Source: Puniceicoccaceae bacterium
GTDB taxonomy: Bacteria > Verrucomicrobiota > Verrucomicrobiia > Opitutales > JAFGAQ01
Direction of reading: 5' to 3'
DNA: 64,000 nt
Assembly: GCA_040224245.1 (NCBI GenBank)
Contig: JBEGIR010000068.1
Coordinates: 17,283-81,282, forward strand
The position numbers and the translations under genes were made by a program. Position 1 is the first letter of the stretch; the number at the start of each line of letters is the position of its first letter. The notes under the pieces were generated by a model that made no database searches, was not told the DNA's origin, and saw only the letters and a list, made by a program, of their open reading frames with translations. Positions 1-8,607 of this stretch are shown one piece after another.

Positions 1-216
1 CAAACGGAGATTGCAAAATTGTCCGTGGTCGGGGTGGGCATGCGCTCCCAGCCCGGAGCGGCGGCCCGCATGTTTGCTGCCCTTGCCGGTGTTGGAGTCA
101 ACGTCATCATGATCAGCACCTCCGAAATCAAAATTTCCGTCGCCATCGAACCGGACACCGCCGACGAAGCCGTCCGTGCGGTGCACGCGGCCTTTGACCT
201 CGGCAAGCGGGATTGA
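1..216 (+). CDS. lysC: aspartate kinase, C-terminal fragment (5' end lies upstream of the window)
   Basis: Frame 1 is open from base 1 to the stop at 214-216. The translation ...[43 protein letters not shown]... looks like the ACT regulatory C-terminus of aspartokinases. It lies directly upstream of thrC. Confidence 0.8.
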   Translation, partial: QTEIAKLSVVGVGMRSQPGAAARMFAALAGVGVNVIMISTSEIKISVAIEPDTADEAVRAVHAAFDLGKRD

Positions 217-273
217 GAGATACGCACCGCCTCATCGTCCATCTGCCAGCACTGACTCTGTCAAATCCGTTTC

Positions 274-1644
274 ATGAACTTCATCAGCACCCGTGGTCAA
301 TGCGAACCCGTTGGCTTCTGCGAAGCCGTTGCCCGGGGTCTTGCCCCGGACGGAGGACTCTACCTGCCTGAGAAACTGCCCGATCTTTCGAGCTTTTTGC
401 CAGAGTGGAAGACCCTGAGTTATCCGGAGTTGTGTTATGCCTTCATGCGGCAGTTTGCAACGGATCTTCCGGCGCAAGTTCTGCGGGAGGCAGTTGATGC
501 AGCCTATGCCGGATTTTCTCACGAGGACATTGCCCCGGTTCGCAAGCTCGATGATCAGTGCTACGTCTGCGAACTCTTCCACGGCCCGACACTGGCTTTC
601 AAGGATTTTGCATTGCAACTGCTGGGCCAGCTCTACGCTTACCAAATTCGCAACTCCGGACATCCCATCACTGTGCTGGGGGCGACTTCGGGGGACACTG
701 GTTCAGCCGCCATTCATGGATTGATGAACTTGCCGGGGATGCGGCTGTTCATCCTCTATCCCAAGACAGGCGTTGCACCGTTGCAAGAGCGTCAGATGGC
801 CTGCACGGGTTCGGAAAACGTATTTCCCATCGCGATTGACGGCTCGTTTGACGACGCCCAGAAATGGGTAAAATCCCTCTTTGGTGATACGGCCTTCAAG
901 GAGCAATATCATCTATCCGCGATCAACTCGATCAATCTTGCGCGCGTCCTGGCACAGTGTGTGTACTACCTTTACGCCTGGTTTCGCATTCCGGAGGCAG
1001 ATCGCTCCCGACTGGAAGTGGTCGTGCCCACCGGAAACTTTGGCAATGTGCTTGCCGGGTGGTTGCTCAGTCACATGGGTGTGGACATTCCGCACTTTCG
1101 CATTGCCACTAACCAGAACGACATCCTGTTCCGTCTCTTTGAGAGCGGAGTCTACGCAGTGGATGCCGTGCAACCGAGTCTGGCACCATCAATGGACATC
1201 CAGGTGGCCTCCAATTTCGAACGCTTCCTTCACTATCGACTGAATGGAGATGCCGTCCGGCTCCGCGAAATCATGAGCACATTCCTGCAATCCGGTCGCT
1301 TCGAATTTCCGGAATTTGCAACGGACCGCTTTTCCGCCACACGTTCGGATGATGCCTCAATTCTGCGCAATATCGCCACAGTTTATGAACGTTTCGGCTA
1401 TGTGATTGACCCTCACACTGCCTGTGCCTTTGAGCAGCCAAATCCCGATCGGGTACAGCTCATCATGGCGACGGCCCATCCCGCAAAATTTCCGGACGCG
1501 ATTCACAAGGCAATCGGAATTGAGGTCACCCACCCCACCCTTGATGCACTCAAGGATCTTCCCGTTCGACGCTATGAACTGGAGAACAAAGTGCAGTCGA
1601 TCCGTGCTTTCATCAAAGCCAGCATCGAAGCATCCACCCACTGA
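274..1644 (+). CDS. thrC: threonine synthase
   Basis: 456-aa ORF. The N-terminus MNFISTRG...GLAPDGGLYLP and the PLP-lysine motif FHGPTLAFKDFA are threonine synthase signatures. Confidence 0.95.
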   Translation: MNFISTRGQCEPVGFCEAVARGLAPDGGLYLPEKLPDLSSFLPEWKTLSYPELCYAFMRQFATDLPAQVLREAVDAAYAGFSHEDIAPVRKLDDQCYVCELFHGPTLAFKDFALQLLGQLYAYQIRNSGHPITVLGATSGDTGSAAIHGLMNLPGMRLFILYPKTGVAPLQERQMACTGSENVFPIAIDGSFDDAQKWVKSLFGDTAFKEQYHLSAINSINLARVLAQCVYYLYAWFRIPEADRSRLEVVVPTGNFGNVLAGWLLSHMGVDIPHFRIATNQNDILFRLFESGVYAVDAVQPSLAPSMDIQVASNFERFLHYRLNGDAVRLREIMSTFLQSGRFEFPEFATDRFSATRSDDASILRNIATVYERFGYVIDPHTACAFEQPNPDRVQLIMATAHPAKFPDAIHKAIGIEVTHPTLDALKDLPVRRYELENKVQSIRAFIKASIEASTH

Positions 1645-1657
1645 TCCAGTCTCGCTC

Positions 1658-2704
1658 CTACTCGAGTTCGAACAGTTTTTCAATGGTGGGACTCCGGAAC
1701 AGTCTCAAACTGCCATCCGTTCGCTCACACATGAACACCGCAGCCAGTTCATGCTCGCGGGCAAATGCAAGTCCGGTGTCGACCCCCATCACCAAAAGCG
1801 CAGTCGCCCAGGCGTCTGCATCCATGCAGCGCTCCGCAAACACGCTCACACTGCGTAGGGTTGAATCCCGCAGCTGCAGGGAACGGGGATCGATGACATG
1901 GGCAAATCGCACTCCACTGATTTCACGGTAACGGTGGGTATCACCCGAAGTTGCGACTGACATGCCGCTCAAGGCCACTTGCAATGTGGAGCGTTTCCGT
2001 CCGGGAGTCTCCAGCTCGCACACCCATGGTAGTCCATTGGTGTGACACCCAAACGCGCTGGCATCTCCTCCAATCTCGACAAATGCACCCGTTGCACCGA
2101 GCTGCCGGAGATGTTGCAGGGTGCGATCCACTGCCCATCCCTTGGCGATGCCGCATAGATCCAGCTGCAACCCACCGGGTTGATAGAGTCGTCCCGATTC
2201 GCACTGAAGCTCTGCCAGCCGATGTGCATCGACGATGAGTTGATTCAAATCCGGCGGCTCTGCACCAACTGGGCGCGCACCAAAACCAAGCTCTGCAAGC
2301 GTGTGCCCCAATCCAGGATGAAAGGCACCGTCACTTCGGCGATGGATATCGAGTGACCGTGAAACCACCTCCATCATCTCCGGACTCATGGGCACCCAGG
2401 TTCCCGCAGGTGCGTGATTCCACTGGCAAATTGCGGAATTCGGATCCCACGGACTGAATTCCGCAATCACCCGCTCAAACACGCTTTCAATGTGATCCCG
2501 CAGGGCCTGCGCTTCCATGTCCGCAATGCCCGCGACGCGCGCACTCCACGACGTGCCCATGGTATCGCCCGAAAACTGCAACTCACGACGCGACCCCGCT
2601 TGCACGGCCCGCAGTTCACCGTAGTTGAGCATTCGCGGAACCCAGAATCCAGAGTTGCTATGCTCCGCTGCTGAAGGTGTCGATTCGATCACATCACGCG
2701 TCAT
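1658..2704 (-). CDS. apbE: FAD:protein FMN transferase (ApbE family)
   Basis: 348-aa ORF with FSGDTMGTSW and LDLCGIAKGWAVD, both typical of ApbE flavin transferases. It is the last gene of a tightly packed 4-gene minus-strand cluster. No obvious signal peptide appears in the first ~50 aa. Confidence 0.85.
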   Translation of the reverse strand: MTRDVIESTPSAAEHSNSGFWVPRMLNYGELRAVQAGSRRELQFSGDTMGTSWSARVAGIADMEAQALRDHIESVFERVIAEFSPWDPNSAICQWNHAPAGTWVPMSPEMMEVVSRSLDIHRRSDGAFHPGLGHTLAELGFGARPVGAEPPDLNQLIVDAHRLAELQCESGRLYQPGGLQLDLCGIAKGWAVDRTLQHLRQLGATGAFVEIGGDASAFGCHTNGLPWVCELETPGRKRSTLQVALSGMSVATSGDTHRYREISGVRFAHVIDPRSLQLRDSTLRSVSVFAERCMDADAWATALLVMGVDTGLAFAREHELAAVFMCERTDGSLRLFRSPTIEKLFELE

Positions 2705-2710
2705 GAACGA

Positions 2711-3535
2711 TCACTCGGGAAATACTTCAAAGGTGCGCACGTAGGTGTAGCTTCGCTTCATCGCGATACCATCGATCTGTGTGGCGTCGAGGCGCAATGC
2801 CCCCTCCATCCAATAGCGACCCGCTTTCGGGAAATGTACCTCGATCCATCCGTCAGCGTCCGTCACAGCGGTGATCGCCTCGACCTGGTTTCGAAAGCGA
2901 TCATTGCCACGCACAAAGGTCAGCTCCAGCTCCGAAACGGGTGCACCATCCTGGAAAAAACGCCAGCGCACGGGTTCCCCCACAAACAGATCATTGGGGT
3001 GCGTCTCCGGCAGAAGCTCCAGACCCTCACCCTCAAGTTCAAACGCATCGATATCCGCAGGTCCCACCACAACTGAAGTTTCGATTCGGCTCAAACTGCG
3101 GAAAATCTCAACCCCGGGTTTGTCCGCAATACCTTCCGTCTTCAACTCCTCCAGAGTTCCCCGCCAACGTTTATTCTCTTCCCCCTCCTGCCAACGGGCA
3201 AACAGTGTGCTGCCCTTGCGCCGGATATGGTAAGTCCCCTGCTGCTGCAGGTTCAACTCAAAGGTGGTGCGAATCTTACCGCGCTGGACAAACTGTTTTT
3301 CCAACAGAGTACCATCCGGTGCAAGCACCTCAATCGACTCCGGTGGCATGGCCACATGATTTGCAAAAAACAGATCATTGGAGATCGCCGCATCAACACC
3401 AATCCACAGATCCGAACCCGAGATTACGGAGGTCGATGGAAGAATCCACTGTCGATGCGCCTGCACCGAAAGTGCAAAAAAGGGAGCTGTCAGCAGTAAT
3501 GCGAGTGCAAGTTTGAGAGATGGATAATGTTTCAT
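2711..3535 (-). CDS. periplasmic DUF4198-like protein
   Basis: 274-aa ORF with a signal peptide (MKHYPSLKLALALLLTAPFFALSVQA) followed by HRQWILPS, as in DUF4198 / NikM-like beta-sandwich proteins. The family call is from memory, not an HMM. Confidence 0.6.
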   Translation of the reverse strand: MKHYPSLKLALALLLTAPFFALSVQAHRQWILPSTSVISGSDLWIGVDAAISNDLFFANHVAMPPESIEVLAPDGTLLEKQFVQRGKIRTTFELNLQQQGTYHIRRKGSTLFARWQEGEENKRWRGTLEELKTEGIADKPGVEIFRSLSRIETSVVVGPADIDAFELEGEGLELLPETHPNDLFVGEPVRWRFFQDGAPVSELELTFVRGNDRFRNQVEAITAVTDADGWIEVHFPKAGRYWMEGALRLDATQIDGIAMKRSYTYVRTFEVFPE

Positions 3536-3539
3536 GAGA

Positions 3540-4070
3540 TTAATTCAAGCTCAGGGTTACAGTTGCGATTTCGTGACTTCCCGATTCCGAGATATTCACA
3601 GCTTCAGTCGCGTTCAAAGGCAGAGGAAGACGCAGTAGCTCCCTTCCTCCAACCTCACGGGCGACCTCCACGACGAGTTGATAGGTTCCGGGGCTGAGAT
3701 TGAGAAAGGATGCCGATTCTGAATCAAATCGAAGTTCGTGTCGCCCCGGAGGGCGTGTCGGGCCAGTCACACCATCGACCGGCAAGCTCAGATCACGACC
3801 CGATTTGCGCCACCACTGGCGCAGGTCCTTGAGCCATGTCTCCCCTTCCCGGTTTCGTAACTCCGTGTCATACCAGACGGCAACATTATCAACCCACTCT
3901 CTCCGTTCATTTTCGATCCACACCGCCACATAGGGTCGGTGGTACTCCGCAACCTCAAGCTCGGGAAGCTCAATCTCGATGCGCAGTTCTCGCTGGGTTG
4001 CTGCTCCCAATGCGCCGGGCAGTGCCAGGAGCGAGAGCGGTCTGCAAATGGATTTGATCAATGCATTCAT
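3540..4070 (-). CDS. DUF2271-like secreted protein, candidate ApbE substrate
   Basis: Start chosen at the internal ATG (4070) giving MNALIKSICRPLSLLALPGALGA, a signal peptide. YHRPYVAVWIEN and WLKDLRQWWRK resemble DUF2271. It contains VDGVTGPTRPPG, close to the ApbE flavinylation motif. Confidence 0.65.
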   Translation of the reverse strand: MNALIKSICRPLSLLALPGALGAATQRELRIEIELPELEVAEYHRPYVAVWIENERREWVDNVAVWYDTELRNREGETWLKDLRQWWRKSGRDLSLPVDGVTGPTRPPGRHELRFDSESASFLNLSPGTYQLVVEVAREVGGRELLRLPLPLNATEAVNISESGSHEIATVTLSLN

Positions 4071-4095
4071 GGGAAAAATCAAAGATGGGAATGGT

Positions 4096-4737
4096 TCAGT
4101 GCACAAAAAAGAGCAGCAGGACAGCAGGGATCACCACGCCAGCCGCCACCACTGGCCACGTGCTCGGTCGGCGTTTTGCGTGCATGGCCAACAGTAGCAG
4201 CCCCGTAAGGCAAAACACCACACACGCAACCGAAAACACATCGATGAAGACCGACCACGCTGGCCCGGTATTGCGCCCCTTGTGCAAATCATTCAGGTAG
4301 GCAATCCAACCCCGCTTGGTCTTCGCAAACTCCCACTCACCCGTTTCACGGTCGATGGTCAGCCAGGCGTCAGAACCTGGCTGCGGAAGGGCCAGGTAGA
4401 TTTCATACTCCGACCATTCCGCTACCCTGTGATGCAGGCGCATATCGATGTTGCGCTCCAGGTAGCGTCGCAGCTCCTTGGGTAGTGGAGCATCCATCGA
4501 AGCGGATTCGCCGTCCCACTCAATGCTCGACATCAAGGCAGCGGGCAAGGTTTCCCGGAGTTCCACCTTTGTCAATTGTGCCGGAATCGATCCCGCGTGA
4601 TTCAGCGTGATCCCGGTAAATGCGAAGAGGACCATGGCCACCAGACAGATCGCACTGCTCACCCAATGCCAAAGGTAGAGCTGCTTGGTCCATGTACTTC
4701 GCCACTTGTTGCGTTTTGGTTTGGAAATTGACGCCAT
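4096..4737 (-). CDS. PepSY-associated TM helix protein
   Basis: 213-aa ORF. LYLWHWVSSAICLVAMVLFAFTGITLNHAG at the N-terminus and YLNDLHKGRNTGPAWSVFIDVFSV plus a C-terminal TM helix match PepSY_TM-type membrane proteins. Confidence 0.7.
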   Translation of the reverse strand: MASISKPKRNKWRSTWTKQLYLWHWVSSAICLVAMVLFAFTGITLNHAGSIPAQLTKVELRETLPAALMSSIEWDGESASMDAPLPKELRRYLERNIDMRLHHRVAEWSEYEIYLALPQPGSDAWLTIDRETGEWEFAKTKRGWIAYLNDLHKGRNTGPAWSVFIDVFSVACVVFCLTGLLLLAMHAKRRPSTWPVVAAGVVIPAVLLLFFVH

Positions 4738-4855
4738 GAAAGCAAGAAAACGACCACCCTACCATATTGGGGTCGGGCAAATCCACCCCGGGAGGGAGTA
4801 ATCACCACTCACAGACGGAGTCTTTTCGATTCTCCGGAGCAGCTGGTAGTCTCGC

Positions 4856-6301
4856 TCAAGTTCTCAGTGGCAAGAAGCGTTCCACAGAGAAAAACGCATC
4901 CAGCACCCTCTCGGTATCCGCATACCCAAAGTCTCCTCCCGGATCAGACGACAGGAGCTGTTCGTACAACTCCCTGAGGCGCATACCATAAGCTGACAGA
5001 CCCAATTCACGCTCAATCAGCGCAGCATTGCTGTCAATTACCTGCCCGGACTCCGGTTCATAGTTGAAGTGATCCCGAAAATTCACCTGAAGCGCATAGT
5101 CTGACTGAACGCTTTCTATCACTTCCCGTTGCGCAATTTCATCCAAGCGGGCAAAATCAATTTTCATGCCCTGCACTGAATGCGCAATCCACTGGTCCAT
5201 GCAATCGTCCGCAGGGCTGCGATCATAGCGATCATGGAAGGATTTCATGGCTGTCTTCAGTCGCGACCGAAACTCATCGAAGCGAAAAATGGTGAGCGGC
5301 ACTGGTATCGAATCATAGAGGCGATTAAACTCGATTCCCAATTCACGAAAATCCCGGGTGATTTCGGGTAAATCCCTCCCAACCAACGTTTTGCCATATA
5401 CCCATGGCTCGAGAAATCCCAGACCAAATCCTTCCGCCACACTTGTGCTGATCACGGCATGGGAATGATCGAGCACGGAATCAAAAGGAAGACCATAGGA
5501 TTCGCACACCTCAAAGTTGACGTGCAAATCCAGCTCGGATGCAAAATCCTTCCACTGTCGATAGGACTCTTCAAAATCTTTGCTGGTCGTTCCCAATGTT
5601 GTCATGAACAACAACCGTTTCGAGGGAATGGCAGCATGCAGAAGCAGCTCCCCGAAGTTTTTACGGCGCACCGCGCGCACCGGGTAGAGAATGATCTGGT
5701 CCAGGCTGGGATTTCCAACAGAGTCCGCATCGTATTCCAACTCCCGGATCAGGATCGGATTGGGCAGCCAGTGCAGTTGTGACTCGGGCACGCCAGCAGC
5801 TCGCAGCACTTCGTAGTCTCGTCGATTGAGCACTGCATAGTGGATGTGCGAGGCAACCGGATAGGCACTTTCGGACTCCAGGTGGTCCTCTCTCATCCGG
5901 TAGTTTACCGGACGCCCATCCTCCGCAAAATCATGGACCTGCAGCACCAGGCGACATCCTCTGCGCGCGAGTTCGATGATCGCATCGGCCATCTGCGGGT
6001 TTTTCCCAAGGCTGTGATTGTGAATGTGCCAGAGTTCCGGATCGTGTCCCAAAAACTCACGCGCCGCCGACTGAAGACGATCCGCCAGTAGGCTTGGATT
6101 TATCGCCTCATCCGCATTGCCATACCCCAGTCCCGGAACGACTTTGCAGGGCACCCGGCAATCCTCGGGCGGTTTTTCGCCACAGAGTGCCACCACATCC
6201 ATCGGCAACCCTACCTGAGAGAGTGCCTGCAGTCCGTTTTCAATCACACGTGTGACACCGCCTCGTTTCAAATGATAGTGGACAATCGCAATGCGCATCA
6301 T
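4856..6301 (-). CDS. GT4-type glycosyltransferase
   Basis: 481-aa ORF. It has the N-terminal MRIAIVHYHLKRGGVTRVI and an E-x7-E motif (STSVAEGFGLGFLEPW) typical of retaining GT4 enzymes. Its start overlaps the stop of the upstream GT81-like gene (ATGA). Confidence 0.7.
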   Translation of the reverse strand: MMRIAIVHYHLKRGGVTRVIENGLQALSQVGLPMDVVALCGEKPPEDCRVPCKVVPGLGYGNADEAINPSLLADRLQSAAREFLGHDPELWHIHNHSLGKNPQMADAIIELARRGCRLVLQVHDFAEDGRPVNYRMREDHLESESAYPVASHIHYAVLNRRDYEVLRAAGVPESQLHWLPNPILIRELEYDADSVGNPSLDQIILYPVRAVRRKNFGELLLHAAIPSKRLLFMTTLGTTSKDFEESYRQWKDFASELDLHVNFEVCESYGLPFDSVLDHSHAVISTSVAEGFGLGFLEPWVYGKTLVGRDLPEITRDFRELGIEFNRLYDSIPVPLTIFRFDEFRSRLKTAMKSFHDRYDRSPADDCMDQWIAHSVQGMKIDFARLDEIAQREVIESVQSDYALQVNFRDHFNYEPESGQVIDSNAALIERELGLSAYGMRLRELYEQLLSSDPGGDFGYADTERVLDAFFSVERFLPLRT

Positions 6302-7272
6302 GAGATTCCAAATTTTTCCCGATATTCCGGAATCTCAATCATCGGAGGACGTTCCTCTTCAAGGATCTCAAACGTTACCTGCTCGTAGCGATTCTCCTGG
6401 GCTTGAAACTGACGGTAGATCGTCGCGAGTTCAGGCATTTGACCCATCATGCCATAGGATTCCACACGATTCAGAAAACTCTGCAAAATGCCAAAAGACA
6501 TTTTGCCCAGAGAGAGCGTTGTCTGGTTGCGATGAACACGCTGATCGAGATCCGTCTGGGCAAAAGCGTCCAGCCCCCATTCGCGGTACACATCGAGGAT
6601 GTGCGAAGTCTCCACTCCGTATCCGATGGGAAAAGGAATTTTTTCCAGCACCATGCGCCGCACCGCGTACTCACCTGAGAGGGGCTGAATCAGCGCAGTC
6701 AACTCCGGAAAAAACAGACTGAAAAGGGGGCGTACCAGAATCTCGGTCACCCGTCCTCCGCCACTCGGACGAATGCCCGAAGAAAAGGCAAGCGGACGGT
6801 CGTAGAACGCCTTCACATAATGCACTTCATCCCGATAGATCAGAGGGGCCACCAGTCCGTAGACAAAACGGGGATGGATGTTTTTGATGTCAGCATCCAC
6901 ATAACAAAGGATGTCCCCTTCGAGTTGATGCACTGCCTTCCAGAGATTCTCTCCCTTGCCCCGCTTGAACCCGGTTTTGGGCAGAATCTCTGCGGATAGG
7001 TAGGTATCCGCTCCAAACGACGAGGCCACTTTGAGAGTGTCGTCCGTGGAACCGGAATCGATGACTGCGAGTTCGTCGATCAGAGGGTAGCGGTCCATCA
7101 GCTCCGATCGCAGGATCACGATCTCCTTTCCGATCGTCTTTTCCTCGTTCAGGGTAGGAATGCACACGGAAACCTTCAGTCCTTTTTTCTCCTTTTGCCT
7201 GATGAGTTCCTTGATGTCCCAGAACTCACCATGGTGAAAGGTATTGCGCTTGAGCCAGCTCTCAATCTTCAT
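6298..7272 (-). CDS. glucosyl-3-phosphoglycerate synthase-like glycosyltransferase (GT81-like)
   Basis: VSVCIPTLNEEKTIGKEI, the DxD region YVDADIKNI and PLSGEYAVRRMVLEKIPFPIGYGVETSHILDV resemble GpgS/MpgS-type enzymes. The start is placed at the ATG giving MKIESW (7272); the longer ORF reaches 7296. Confidence 0.65.
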   Translation of the reverse strand: MKIESWLKRNTFHHGEFWDIKELIRQKEKKGLKVSVCIPTLNEEKTIGKEIVILRSELMDRYPLIDELAVIDSGSTDDTLKVASSFGADTYLSAEILPKTGFKRGKGENLWKAVHQLEGDILCYVDADIKNIHPRFVYGLVAPLIYRDEVHYVKAFYDRPLAFSSGIRPSGGGRVTEILVRPLFSLFFPELTALIQPLSGEYAVRRMVLEKIPFPIGYGVETSHILDVYREWGLDAFAQTDLDQRVHRNQTTLSLGKMSFGILQSFLNRVESYGMMGQMPELATIYRQFQAQENRYEQVTFEILEEERPPMIEIPEYREKFGIS

Positions 7273-8431
7273 CACAAATCCCCCTGTCAATTGCAATCAG
7301 CAGTGCGACCAGCTGCGTCAGACCATCAAAGATCGGAGCAATCTCGGCACTCTCGCCCAACTCATGCACATTCGAACCTTGCGTCAGACCCACAGTCACC
7401 GCCGGGATCCCCTTGTCCACGAAGGCACTGAGCTGTCCCGTTGAGGGCGCAATGCGCGGTTTGATACCAAAATGTTCAACGATGGTTTTCACCGTTTTCA
7501 CCAGGGGATGACTGTAGTGGATTCCACCCATCTTTCGCCGGGCCACCATCTCCAGCCGGATTGTGGAGTCTGAGGCAAAGTCGATCTCATCGACGATGTC
7601 CTGTATCATTTGGGTGATCCAGGAGATCCGGCCTGGTTCCTCACTGCGCACCTCAAAGCGCAGATTCGCTCGAGTGGCTTCCGTGTTGTAGGCGTTGCCA
7701 CCATGAATGGAACCCAGGATGACGGCAGTCTTGGGTTGACTCGGCAGCGGGATTTCCATGATGCGTGACACGATGCGGTTGAGAATCGCGATCGCTCCAC
7801 CGCTTCCAAAATGCTTCCAGTCCCGACGTTCTGGCGCCACCACCGAAATTTCTCCACGAAACATTCCCAGCGAGCTGTAACTCAGGCGCCCCAAATGCAC
7901 ACCACGCACCACCACGCCCGTGCGAATCGGGAACTGAGTATGATCGAGAAAAAAACGCAGCCCTGCAAGGTTGCCTTTGCCGAGGCTTCGGGTTTCGGCC
8001 ATGAGGACCAGATCATCCTCCAGCTGAAGCCCCAATCGCTCCATCAGCACTGGCAGGGTGGCAATCGCCGCCAATCCAATGGCATTGTCGCAAATCCCCG
8101 GACCGATGATCGCATCGCTCGATAGCGTCATCGCGTGGTCAACCGAAGACTGGATGTAGGAATCTGCATTGGCGGAGACCAGGATCTTGCGCTTGCCACT
8201 GCGCCCCGGAATCACCGCAACCGCATTGTCCATCTCGTCAATCGAGATCTTTTCCAGACCCGCCTCGGTGAAGCGATCCCGAAGGAAGGCGATTCGCCGC
8301 TCCTCCTGAAAAGAGGGTGCGGGAATCTCTCCAATCATCACCGCATTGGCCAGCATGACCTCACGGATGCCAGCTACCTGAGCTTTCAACCCGTGCATAA
8401 TGCGTGTCACTTCGGTGTTCCTCTCCGCCAT
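7262..8431 (-). CDS. M20/M25/M40 family metallohydrolase
   Basis: 389-aa ORF with the overall pattern of ArgE/DapE/peptidase-T-like M20 enzymes (GEIPAPSFQEERR..., SANADS..., IHGGNAYN). It is the first gene of the minus-strand string M20 -> GT81-like -> GT4. Confidence 0.65.
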   Translation of the reverse strand: MAERNTEVTRIMHGLKAQVAGIREVMLANAVMIGEIPAPSFQEERRIAFLRDRFTEAGLEKISIDEMDNAVAVIPGRSGKRKILVSANADSYIQSSVDHAMTLSSDAIIGPGICDNAIGLAAIATLPVLMERLGLQLEDDLVLMAETRSLGKGNLAGLRFFLDHTQFPIRTGVVVRGVHLGRLSYSSLGMFRGEISVVAPERRDWKHFGSGGAIAILNRIVSRIMEIPLPSQPKTAVILGSIHGGNAYNTEATRANLRFEVRSEEPGRISWITQMIQDIVDEIDFASDSTIRLEMVARRKMGGIHYSHPLVKTVKTIVEHFGIKPRIAPSTGQLSAFVDKGIPAVTVGLTQGSNVHELGESAEIAPIFDGLTQLVALLIAIDRGICDED

Positions 8432-8607
8432 GCACAGACTATAGAGCTTCTTTGCTGCACTTGTCTAGTTGCGAATCCCGGAAGCGTCTGTGGCATGCTC
8501 TCAGCTGGCAAACATCCGCTTGAATCTTGACACGGCGGCCTTGCATGTTGTGCTGAAACCTTTGCGCGGACGATGCGCACCAGACCAACGTCAACCGATT
8601 CACAGTC

